A DNA stretch of 64,000 nt from Actinomycetota bacterium. Its GTDB lineage: Bacteria > Actinomycetota > Thermoleophilia > Gaiellales > Gaiellaceae. This document shows positions 19,318 through 29,157 of this stretch, piece after piece (position 1 is the stretch's first letter; each line of letters opens with the position of its first letter). Below the pieces are notes generated by a model that saw only the letters and a program-made list of their open reading frames with translations, had not been told where the DNA came from and searched no databases. The position numbers were made by a program, and so were the translations under genes. The stretch spans positions 9,713-73,712 of the forward strand of contig PMNA01000023.1 in assembly GCA_003162055.1 (NCBI GenBank), written 5' to 3'.

Positions 19318-20828
19318 CCAACGCTCCTCTACGCACCGCTCTTTCGCGCGCGAGTTCCTTCCTGCGCCTGAGCCCGCGCGTGCTCGTCGGTCTGGAGACG
19401 GCGCTTGCCGCCTCGCTCGGCCTGATCGCGCTCGGACACCGCAGCTACTGGCTCGACGAGAGTGTGAGCGTCACGCTGGCTCGGCTCCACTTCGGCGACC
19501 TTCTGCACTCGCTGCGAGTGCGCGAGGGGAATATGAGCCTCTACCACCTCCTGCTCTGGGGTTGGCTGCGGCCGGGCGATTCGGAGTTCGCGGCACGGAG
19601 CCTTTCGCTCCTTGCCGTGGTTGCGACCGTGCCACTGCTCTATCTACTGGCAAGGCGCCTGCTGGGCCAGAAGGCGGCGCTCCTCGCGGGGCTGCTGCTG
19701 GCGCTGAACCCGATGGCGATTCACTATGCGCAGGAGGCCCGCGGCTACGCGCTCTGCCTGCTGCTCGTCACCGCTTCGGTGTACCTGTTCGTGCGCGCGC
19801 TCGAGCAGCCGCGCTGGCTCTTCTGGCTCGGGTTCGCGCCTGTCGCTGCGCTGGCCGGCTATGCGCACTTCTTCGCGCTGTTCGTTCCACCGGCGCTTCT
19901 CCTTTCGCTCCTTTTCCTTCCCGCGGAGGCGGTTCCGTGGCGCAAGGGACTCAGCTCGGCCGGCTTGTTCGTGCTTCTACTTGTTCCGCTCGTCTACCTC
20001 GTCGGCTCGAGCCAGGCCTCCGGCGTGGAGTGGGCGTCGGGCAACCTGCCCGGGAGAATTGCCACCAGGATCCACGACCGCCCGCTGCTCGTCGTGGCTG
20101 TTCTTCTATTCGGGCTGGCCTTTGTGGCGCTCGCTTGGTTCTGGCTCGCGCGGGCGCTCGGCCCGCGCCTGCGCTCGCGCGCGACCTGGGCCGTAGCGCT
20201 ACTCGTCCTCTGGTTGCTCGTTCCCTTCGCGCTCGTCTGCGTTCTGGCGGTCGTCTACAAACCGCTCTTCGTCGTGCGCTACTTCATCGTTTGTTTGCCG
20301 CCGCTCGTCACACTGCTGGCGCTAGCGCTGGCGCGGATCCGTCGCCCGCTCCTTGCTCTGGGCGCCGTCTCGCTGCTGGCGCTCGTCTCTCTTGCGGGCG
20401 TCGTGCGCTGGTACCAAAGCGGGCAGAGCGAGGATTGGCGCGGTGCCGAGCACTACGTCGTCGAGTCGGCGAGGCCGGGTGACGGCGTTCTCTTCTACGC
20501 GCCCTATGTGCGCATCCCGTTTGCGCTCTATCTCGAGCGCGCAGGTGACAGTGGGCGGGCGCCCCGGCCCGTCTATCCCGGCGACGGCTGGAACGCGAAC
20601 GAGCTGAAGTTCGACGGCAACATCGTGATGCGCGCGAGGCTAGTGCGCGAGCGGGCGGCCGGCTTCCGGCGGATCTGGCTCGTTACGAGTCACCAGGAGT
20701 TGTACGGAGCCTCCGATCCGGGCTACGAGGCCACGCTCGCCGGTCTCAAGGCCGCCGGCCTGCGGGAGTCCGGGTCACGCTCGTTCGCCGGTGTTCGCGT
20801 CGCGCGCTACGCGCGTCCCGGTCACTGA
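19314..20828 (+). CDS. GT39/ArnT-PMT-like polytopic membrane glycosyltransferase
   Basis: 504 aa. The first loop carries the YWLDESVSV motif typical of lipid-linked-sugar-dependent GT-C enzymes. About 10 TM segments are followed by a soluble C-terminal domain. ATGA overlap with the upstream GT4 gene. Confidence 0.7.
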   Translation: MTNAPLRTALSRASSFLRLSPRVLVGLETALAASLGLIALGHRSYWLDESVSVTLARLHFGDLLHSLRVREGNMSLYHLLLWGWLRPGDSEFAARSLSLLAVVATVPLLYLLARRLLGQKAALLAGLLLALNPMAIHYAQEARGYALCLLLVTASVYLFVRALEQPRWLFWLGFAPVAALAGYAHFFALFVPPALLLSLLFLPAEAVPWRKGLSSAGLFVLLLVPLVYLVGSSQASGVEWASGNLPGRIATRIHDRPLLVVAVLLFGLAFVALAWFWLARALGPRLRSRATWAVALLVLWLLVPFALVCVLAVVYKPLFVVRYFIVCLPPLVTLLALALARIRRPLLALGAVSLLALVSLAGVVRWYQSGQSEDWRGAEHYVVESARPGDGVLFYAPYVRIPFALYLERAGDSGRAPRPVYPGDGWNANELKFDGNIVMRARLVRERAAGFRRIWLVTSHQELYGASDPGYEATLAGLKAAGLRESGSRSFAGVRVARYARPGH

Positions 20829-20929
20829 GCGGCGACTGTCTATCGCGCGAAGCCCGCACCTCGGCATAGCCGTCTCGCGGCGCCGCTGATCTCCGACATC
20901 CGCGCTGCCGATCAGTCGCGCGTGCTGCC

Positions 20930-22255
20930 TTACTTCGCGCTCTTCTTGAGCCCGGCGGCCTTCATCAGGCTCAGTGACGCTCGGCAACCCCTCGACAGCC
21001 TGTACCCGGTTCTGCTTCGGAGCAAGAGGCAGCCTCGCACGGTGCGCGTAGTCTGGCGGCGCTTGACGACCTTCGACTTCGTTGTCTGGGTGGTCTTGGT
21101 CGTGGTGGTCGTCTTCGGCACCGTGCTGGTCGTCGTCGGCGTTGCCGTGGTCGTAGGCGATGTCGCCGTGGTGGTGGTCACGGGCGCGGTGGTAGTTGTG
21201 GAAGTGGTGCTGGTGGTAGTCGTCGCGCCGGTAGTGCTACTGCTCGTCGTTTGCGTCGTAGTCGTTGCCGCGGCGCCGATCGCCGCCTTGAACGCGGCCG
21301 CCGAGTTCGGGAAGCTGCCGTCCATCAGGTCGTGCGCTCCGTCGGGTGCGTCGAAGTCGAAGTAGACCTGGTAGCCAACGTTGTTCTGCGCGATCCACTG
21401 CGTCATCTTCTGAACGAAGTAGGGAGCATCTCCGCCGCCATGCCCGTCGCTGCGAGTCGCGACACCCCATTCGGGGAACGACATCGGCTTACCATGCGCA
21501 GCCGCGAAGTCGCGGTGCCAGGTAAGGCCCCATTGCGCGTTGAGAGCGTCGTTCCAGCGCGCGGCCGGGTCGCTGTAGTTCGTACACCAGGATTGGTCGT
21601 ATACGTCGATGCCTATGTAGTCGACATACGCGTCGCCAGGGTAGGCGAGCGTGGGATCGACGGACTGCCAGCCCCAGACCGGGTTCCAGTCGAAGGCCAG
21701 GTTCGGTGCGACTGCGCGCATCGTTGTGACGATCTGTCGCCAGTAGGCGGCGTAGTTGGCGGCGTCGGTCGTGTTCGCAACGTGCCAGTGGTACCAACCG
21801 CCGCCGAACTCCCAGCCCAGGCGGAGAATCGCGTTACCCTGACCGGCGGCGAGGAGGTTCTGGGCCAGCGTCTTGAAGTAGGCGTTATAGGTGCCGGATG
21901 CGCCCTCGGCGAGCGTACCGCCCGTGTCGGGGATGATCGGAACGCCGTAGACCATGCGGTAGGAAGTTCCCTTCCAGCCGTTGAGCGTCCAGGTGGGCGC
22001 CTCGATGGACGACCAGCTGTCGCCGGGCAGGAAGTCCTCGGCGTAACTGACCGGCGAGCCGAGCCACTGCGCGAAGGCGCTGACTCCGCTCGGATTGGCG
22101 GCGCCGCGGTAGACGCCGAGTGTCGCGGCCGGGCTCGCGGCCTGCGCGGCTACCAATGAAAGAGACAATCCCGCTCCGAAGACGAGGACTGTGGCGAAGA
22201 ATATCCCGACTTTTCTCAACGTAGTTTTGCGGCGCAACGTGAAGCTCCCCCTCAA
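20930..22255 (-). CDS. secreted GH26-like glycoside hydrolase with Thr-rich linker and basic C-terminal tail
   Basis: 441 aa. A signal peptide (VGIFFATVLVFGAGLSLSLVAAQA) precedes a core colinear with 17049-18038 (ILRLGWEFGGGWYHWHV, YVDYIGIDVYD, PEWGV). A 66-aa Thr/Ser-rich linker and a 46-aa Arg/Lys-rich tail follow. Confidence 0.6.
   Translation of the reverse strand: MRGSFTLRRKTTLRKVGIFFATVLVFGAGLSLSLVAAQAASPAATLGVYRGAANPSGVSAFAQWLGSPVSYAEDFLPGDSWSSIEAPTWTLNGWKGTSYRMVYGVPIIPDTGGTLAEGASGTYNAYFKTLAQNLLAAGQGNAILRLGWEFGGGWYHWHVANTTDAANYAAYWRQIVTTMRAVAPNLAFDWNPVWGWQSVDPTLAYPGDAYVDYIGIDVYDQSWCTNYSDPAARWNDALNAQWGLTWHRDFAAAHGKPMSFPEWGVATRSDGHGGGDAPYFVQKMTQWIAQNNVGYQVYFDFDAPDGAHDLMDGSFPNSAAAFKAAIGAAATTTTQTTSSSTTGATTTTSTTSTTTTAPVTTTTATSPTTTATPTTTSTVPKTTTTTKTTQTTKSKVVKRRQTTRTVRGCLLLRSRTGYRLSRGCRASLSLMKAAGLKKSAK
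21071..21268 (-). repeat. low-complexity Thr-rich linker coding tract
   Basis: It encodes ATTTTQTTSSSTTGATTTTSTTSTTTTAPVTTTTATSPTTTATPTTTSTVPKTTTTTKTTQTTKSK. The DNA consists of degenerate GGT/GTC/GTG repeats. Confidence 0.8.
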
Positions 22256-22609
22256 GAAATTGCTTTCGGTCTGAGAGCTAGATCGGCAAGCCGCGAACGA
22301 GGCTGCGTAGCACGATCAAGTGACTAAGGCACCTGTAAAGGGGTCGTTTTCACCCTCTCGGGGGTAGCGCCCTCCCCCTATTAGGGGAGGCGTTTACGCG
22401 GCGCGCTCGCGGGCCTTCGCCGTGAGGCCGAATGCAATGGAGAGAAAGGTGGCGGTACTCGCCGGCGCCTAGGCGAGAATGATGCGAAGCGAGGGGCCGC
22501 TAAATGCGCTCATCCCTGTTGAAGCACTACTATTCGTACTCGCCCGCGGCGGATTGCGTTCCCTTTTCTGACTCTGGGGGAAACTTCTTACCCGAGCGGG
22601 CCCGGTGCG

Positions 22610-25483
22610 ATGAAGAAAGATAAAGCTCGATCATCCCCCTCGAGTGCTTTCCCCCATGAAACCGGGCGGCCGGCGCTCATCATCTCCGCGCTCTCGGCGA
22701 CGCTGAGAGGTGGTTTCCGGCTGCTCGCTAGCGTCAGCTGCGTTTCGGGGCGACCGTCACGAGCCTCTCGTCCGCTTACCGCGCTCCCTCGCTGTGGCTG
22801 GCGGACGGCGGCAGTCGCTCTCGTGGTCGGCTTTGTCATCGTGCTGGGTGCTTCGAGCGGATCCGCGCGGGCCGCGACAGAGTCGTGCGCCGCTGGCACG
22901 ACCCTCAACATCGTGGCGCACGAAGACGATGATCTGCTCTTCTTGAACCCAAGCGTTCTGCACGACGTTCAGTGCGGTCGACGCGTTGTGACCGTTTATG
23001 CGACGGCCGGCGACGCCGGGCAGGACTCGAGCTACTGGTTGGACAGAGAGATGGGTGCGGAAGCCGCCTACGCCGATATGGCCGGAACGTCCGACTCGTG
23101 GACGGCGACAACTCTCACGAAGACCGACGGCGACGGCAACTCGCATCTGATGCAGCAGTACACCCTCGATGGAGACTCGAACGTATCCCTCGTCTTCATG
23201 AGGCTTCCAGACGGCCGCGGCAGCGGCGACGGGTTCGCGAGTACCGGCTATCAGAGCCTGAAGAAGCTGTGGGAGTCATCGGCGCCGTATACCTACCAAA
23301 TCGATTCCCTCGGCGGCGGGTCCTCGGCATATACGAGACCGGAGCTCGTAGAGGTGTTGACGGCTCTCATGGATGAATACCAGCCGGATACGATCCGCAC
23401 TCAGGACTATGTCGGCGCATTCGGCGGCAGCGATCACAGCGATCACTACGCCGTTGCCCGTTTCGTGAACCTGGCTCAGCTGAATTACTCGACGGCTCAC
23501 ACCTTTGCCGGCTATATGGGCTACGGGATATCGCAATACCCGCAGAACGTCGCAGGTACAGACCTGGCGGCGAAGGAGAGCGCCTTTTTTTCCTATTCAG
23601 CCTTCGATGCGAGTGCCTGCGCCAGTATCGAGGCGTGCTCGAGCACCGAATACATGAGCTGGCTGACGGGCGAATATCAGATCGGCACTCCGAGAGCGGA
23701 TGCCGGCCCGGATCAGACGGTCGCGACGGTCGGCGCGACCGTGCACCTGGACGGAAGCGCGAGCAGTGACCCCGACGGCGCTCCGATCACCTATTCGTGG
23801 GCTCAGACGGGCGGGTCCGCGGTTGCCCTCTCCGACACCTCCAGCCCGACACCGACCTTTACGGCTCCAGCCGCCGCGACCATCCTGACCTTCGCCCTGA
23901 CGGTGAGCGACGGTTCGCTGGCAAGCACAGACAGCGTCATCGTCACCGTTGCGCCGAACAGCGCGAATATCGCCAACCAGGCGACGCTCGAGGCCTCTTC
24001 AGAGAACACCGCGTTGGGGAAGGGTAAGGAAAAGGCCGTCGACGGCTTCACGGACGGAGATCCGCTTGGCAATGCGACGCACGAGTGGGCGACGGTCGGC
24101 GGTCGGGCGGGAAGCTGGCTGAAACTGACCTGGTCCTCGGCACGGGTGATCGATCGCGTCGTGCTCTACGACCGGCCGAACGAAAACGATCAGATAACCG
24201 GTGGAACGCTCAGCTTCTCCGATGGGAGCACGGTCGCCGTACCGGCTCTTGCGAACGGCGGGTCGCCGGTCACGATCAGCTTCTCCGCCAGGTCGACGAC
24301 GAGTCTGCGGCTGGCGATCGACTCGGTGAGCACGACGACCGAAAACATCGGCTTGGCCGAGATCGAGGTCTGGACGCCCGCAGACCACGCTCCGGTCGCA
24401 GACGCAGGTCACAACCAGACCGTGGACGCCGGCTCGACCGCAACCCTCGACGGCTCCGCCAGCTCCGATCCAGACAGCGGCGACACGCTCTCCTACAGCT
24501 GGGAGCAGACCGGCGGAACTCCCACCGTCAGCCTCGACAGCACGAACCCCGCCAAGCCCAGCTTTACCGCCCCGGCCAGCGCTAACACTCTGACCTTCAA
24601 GCTGACCGTGAGTGACGGGACGCTGAGCAACTCCTCGTCGGTCACGATCACCGTCAACCACGCTCCGGTCGCAGACGCCGGGCTTGATCAGTCCGTAAGC
24701 ACGGGCGCGACCGTGACACTGGACGGCTCGAAGAGCTCCGATCCCGACGGCGATGCGCTCAGCTATAAGTGGGAGCAGACGGGCGGATCTCCGGTCACCC
24801 TCTCTAGCGCCGTCGCCGCCAAGCCCAGCTTTACCGCCCCGGCCGGCGCCAACACTCTGACCTTCAAGCTGACCGTGTCGGACGGCTCGCTGACCGGTTC
24901 CGACAGCGTCAAGATCGCGGTGGTCAAGCCAGAACATGCGCCGGTCGCGAACGCCGGATCCGATCAAAAAGTGCGCTCGAACGTAAGTGTGACCCTTGAC
25001 GGCTCCGCCAGCTCCGACCCGGACCACGATCCGATCACCTACGAGTGGGAGCAGACGGGTGGGCCCAGGGTCACCCTCTCCAGCGCTGTCGCCGCCAGGC
25101 CCAGCTTCACGGCTCCGGCCGCCGGCAGGCTGATCTTCAAGCTGACCGTGTCGGACGGCTCGCTGACCAGTTCCGACAGCGTCACAATCGGCGTGTCGAA
25201 GGGCGCGAAGCCCGCCCTCAAGAAGCACACGCGCCCGCAGACGACGCTGCTCAAGATGAAGATCCGCTCAGCGAAGAGGATCGTCATCTTCAGGTTCAAG
25301 GGCTCCGGCGGCAAGGGAAAGCTCAGCTTCCAGTGCCGGCTGGACACGCAGAGATTCTCGCGCTGCCGTGTCTACAAGACGTACAAGCATCTCGGGCGCG
25401 GCAGGCACGTCTTCCGCGTGCGGGCGAGAGACACCTCCGGCCTGGCCGACCTGACGCTCGTGACGAAGAGATTCAAGATCTAG
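22610..25483 (+). CDS. secreted multidomain protein: PIG-L/LmbE-type de-N-acetylase + PKD-like domain + discoidin-like sugar-binding domain + 3 PKD-like repeats + basic C-terminal module
   Basis: 957 aa with a hydrophobic signal/anchor (TAAVALVVGFVIVLGASSGSARA). PIG-L motifs are NIVAHEDDDLLFLNP and GGSDHSDHY. The discoidin-like segment reads AVDGFTDGDP...HEWATVGG...VVLYDRPNENDQITGGTLSFSDGS...IGLAEIEVW. There are four ADAGxDQxV...LDGSxSSDPD...FTAP...LTVSDGSL units. The exact start codon is uncertain. Confidence 0.8.
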   Translation: MKKDKARSSPSSAFPHETGRPALIISALSATLRGGFRLLASVSCVSGRPSRASRPLTALPRCGWRTAAVALVVGFVIVLGASSGSARAATESCAAGTTLNIVAHEDDDLLFLNPSVLHDVQCGRRVVTVYATAGDAGQDSSYWLDREMGAEAAYADMAGTSDSWTATTLTKTDGDGNSHLMQQYTLDGDSNVSLVFMRLPDGRGSGDGFASTGYQSLKKLWESSAPYTYQIDSLGGGSSAYTRPELVEVLTALMDEYQPDTIRTQDYVGAFGGSDHSDHYAVARFVNLAQLNYSTAHTFAGYMGYGISQYPQNVAGTDLAAKESAFFSYSAFDASACASIEACSSTEYMSWLTGEYQIGTPRADAGPDQTVATVGATVHLDGSASSDPDGAPITYSWAQTGGSAVALSDTSSPTPTFTAPAAATILTFALTVSDGSLASTDSVIVTVAPNSANIANQATLEASSENTALGKGKEKAVDGFTDGDPLGNATHEWATVGGRAGSWLKLTWSSARVIDRVVLYDRPNENDQITGGTLSFSDGSTVAVPALANGGSPVTISFSARSTTSLRLAIDSVSTTTENIGLAEIEVWTPADHAPVADAGHNQTVDAGSTATLDGSASSDPDSGDTLSYSWEQTGGTPTVSLDSTNPAKPSFTAPASANTLTFKLTVSDGTLSNSSSVTITVNHAPVADAGLDQSVSTGATVTLDGSKSSDPDGDALSYKWEQTGGSPVTLSSAVAAKPSFTAPAGANTLTFKLTVSDGSLTGSDSVKIAVVKPEHAPVANAGSDQKVRSNVSVTLDGSASSDPDHDPITYEWEQTGGPRVTLSSAVAARPSFTAPAAGRLIFKLTVSDGSLTSSDSVTIGVSKGAKPALKKHTRPQTTLLKMKIRSAKRIVIFRFKGSGGKGKLSFQCRLDTQRFSRCRVYKTYKHLGRGRHVFRVRARDTSGLADLTLVTKRFKI
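24386..25205 (+). repeat. three tandem in-frame PKD-like coding repeats (273, 276 and ~270 nt)
   Basis: Units start at 24386, 24659 and 24935 (HAPVADAG / HAPVADAG / HAPVANAG). Long stretches are near-identical at DNA level, for example aagcccagctttaccgccccggcc...aacactctgaccttcaagctgaccgtg at ~24553 and ~24823. A more diverged copy lies at 23696-23953. Confidence 0.9.
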
Positions 25484-25540
25484 CTCACGTTCGATCGGGC
25501 TACCGTCGAGGCGGCCCGCGCTGCGCTGCTTGCGAATGAG

Positions 25541-26662
25541 TCAGACTTCGGCCAACCGCCGCGAAAGCGCCTCGATCGAGTAGTCGCTCTCGGCCAGCTT
25601 GCGCGCCTCGGCGCCGACGTCGCCGGCCCTGCCGCTGAGCGCACGGACTACGGCCTCGGCGAATCCTTCCGCCCCGTCGCCCTCGAGATAGTGGACACCG
25701 CTCACTAGCCCGTCCACGCCGCCCGCGGCAAACGGCGTCGCCACGATCGGCAGCCCGTAGGCCATCGCCTCGACCAGCTTGAGCGGCGAGCCTCTGTTTT
25801 CGAGCAGCGGCACCAGCGCGCAACCGCTCACCGCGTAGATGCCGGGTAGATCCTCGACGAAACCATGCAGCTCGATGCGCGGGTCGAGCCCACCGGTGAC
25901 GGCCATCCTGCGCCCGACCAAGACCAGGCGCGCCTGTGGCAGCTGCTTCCAGACCAGCGGCATCACCTCTCTGACCAGAAAGCGGCCCGAGCGCCGGTTG
26001 TGCGGCAGGCTGAAGTCGGCGACGAAGAGAGCACTCTGGCTCGCGGGGGTGCGCACGGGCGCGATCGAGCTCACGTCGACGACGTTGGGCACCAGGCGGA
26101 GTCGAGCCTCGGGCGCCAGCGCGGCCGCGCCGCTCAGATCGCGGCTACTGGGAAACCAGGTTTCCTGCGCCATCTCGAGCACCGAGCGCTCGAATTGAGC
26201 GAGCTCGTAGAGATCGCTCTTACCCGCGCTCCTCTGCCCCGAATAGAGGGCCGACTCGAGGTTGTGCGCGTTGTAGTAGATCGGTCGCTTCTTGCCCAAC
26301 AGGAGCAGGGCCGAGGCGGCAGAGGGGCTGTCGGCCACGACCCGATCGAAGTCTTTGCCCTTCGCGTCGGTCAGCGCTGCGAACAGTTCGTAGGACAGGT
26401 TGCTTGCATAATCCTTGGGCACGCCCCGCGCCCGCGCCCGCCGATACAGGAATGCGCGCTTCGCCCCGCGCGAGGAAGACACTTTGCGCAACTCGATCGC
26501 CGGATCCGCGACGAGCGCGGGATCCGGCTCGGCGCCGTCGAGCGGCAGGAAAGCGACCTCAACCCTGCCGAGCAGCGCCAAGGCGCGGATGATGCCAATG
26601 GTGCGATTGCCGCGACCGCTGCGCCTGTTGGGAGCGAACGGTGTTACTACGAGCGATTCCAT
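25541..26662 (-). CDS. glycosyltransferase, GT4-like
   Basis: 373 aa with VVTPFAPNRRSGRGNRTIG and LLENRGSPLKLVEAMAYGLPIVATPFAAGGVDGLVSGVH. Confidence 0.75.
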   Translation of the reverse strand: MESLVVTPFAPNRRSGRGNRTIGIIRALALLGRVEVAFLPLDGAEPDPALVADPAIELRKVSSSRGAKRAFLYRRARARGVPKDYASNLSYELFAALTDAKGKDFDRVVADSPSAASALLLLGKKRPIYYNAHNLESALYSGQRSAGKSDLYELAQFERSVLEMAQETWFPSSRDLSGAAALAPEARLRLVPNVVDVSSIAPVRTPASQSALFVADFSLPHNRRSGRFLVREVMPLVWKQLPQARLVLVGRRMAVTGGLDPRIELHGFVEDLPGIYAVSGCALVPLLENRGSPLKLVEAMAYGLPIVATPFAAGGVDGLVSGVHYLEGDGAEGFAEAVVRALSGRAGDVGAEARKLAESDYSIEALSRRLAEV

Positions 26663-26854
26663 CTACCTGCTTCCTCCAGAGTCGACAACCTCCGCTGCAT
26701 GGGACTGTCCCGGCACGAACAGACTATCGCGCTCTGGCTGATGCTCGGGAAGGCGGGTAATCTGATCCTCGAGCACGCGATTCTTCATTGCACAGGAGCT
26801 CGATATTGAGATGCGATAGAGGCATGACCCGAGCCGTTGTCGAAATGATTTCGG

Positions 26855-28960
<2,106 letters not shown>

Positions 28961-29007
28961 GCGCGCTCGAGCGGCCGATCTTGCAGCAATCTCGCGGCAT
29001 CACCGTT

Positions 29008-29043
29008 GCCCCCCCGGGGTTTACTCGGTCGCCCCCCCGGGGT
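29008..29043. promoter_or_regulatory. two identical 13-nt direct repeats GCCCCCCCGGGGT, 23 nt centre to centre, upstream of the priming transferase gene
   Basis: Copies lie at 29008-29020 and 29031-29043. Each contains the palindrome CCCCGGGG and a C7 homopolymer. They are intergenic between 28960 and 29158. No function is known. Confidence 0.3.
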
Positions 29044-29157
29044 AGATCGAAGCTGCTTCAAAACATCGAGTAATCTGCGCAAAGGCCACTCATATGCGGA
29101 CAGAGACGGATCAGTTGCTTTCGAAGACTTGCTTTTCTGCTCGAAATACGGCTGAAT

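Noticed and set aside
22256-22609. The 354-nt divergent intergenic region contains small hairpins (CCTCCCC-tatta-GGGGAGG at about 22371-22390, and CTCGCC-N8-GGCGAG at about 22459-22478). It was considered as a riboswitch or sRNA.
   Set aside because: I cannot match it to any riboswitch class from memory. The stems are short and could arise by chance in GC-rich DNA. It is noted only as a region where promoters for both flanking genes must lie.
23585-23591. A T7 homopolymer lies inside the PIG-L gene and was considered as a potential slippage or phase-variation site.
   Set aside because: It simply encodes Phe-Phe within an intact long ORF. There is no alternative frame continuation and no evidence of a frameshift.
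24386-25205. Regular ~273-nt periodic repeats here, and ~150-nt periodicity in 41101-43200, were considered as possible CRISPR or other non-coding arrays.
   Set aside because: The periods are far too long, there is no short-repeat/unique-spacer structure, and the units are in-frame protein domains (PKD-like units and RCC1 blades).
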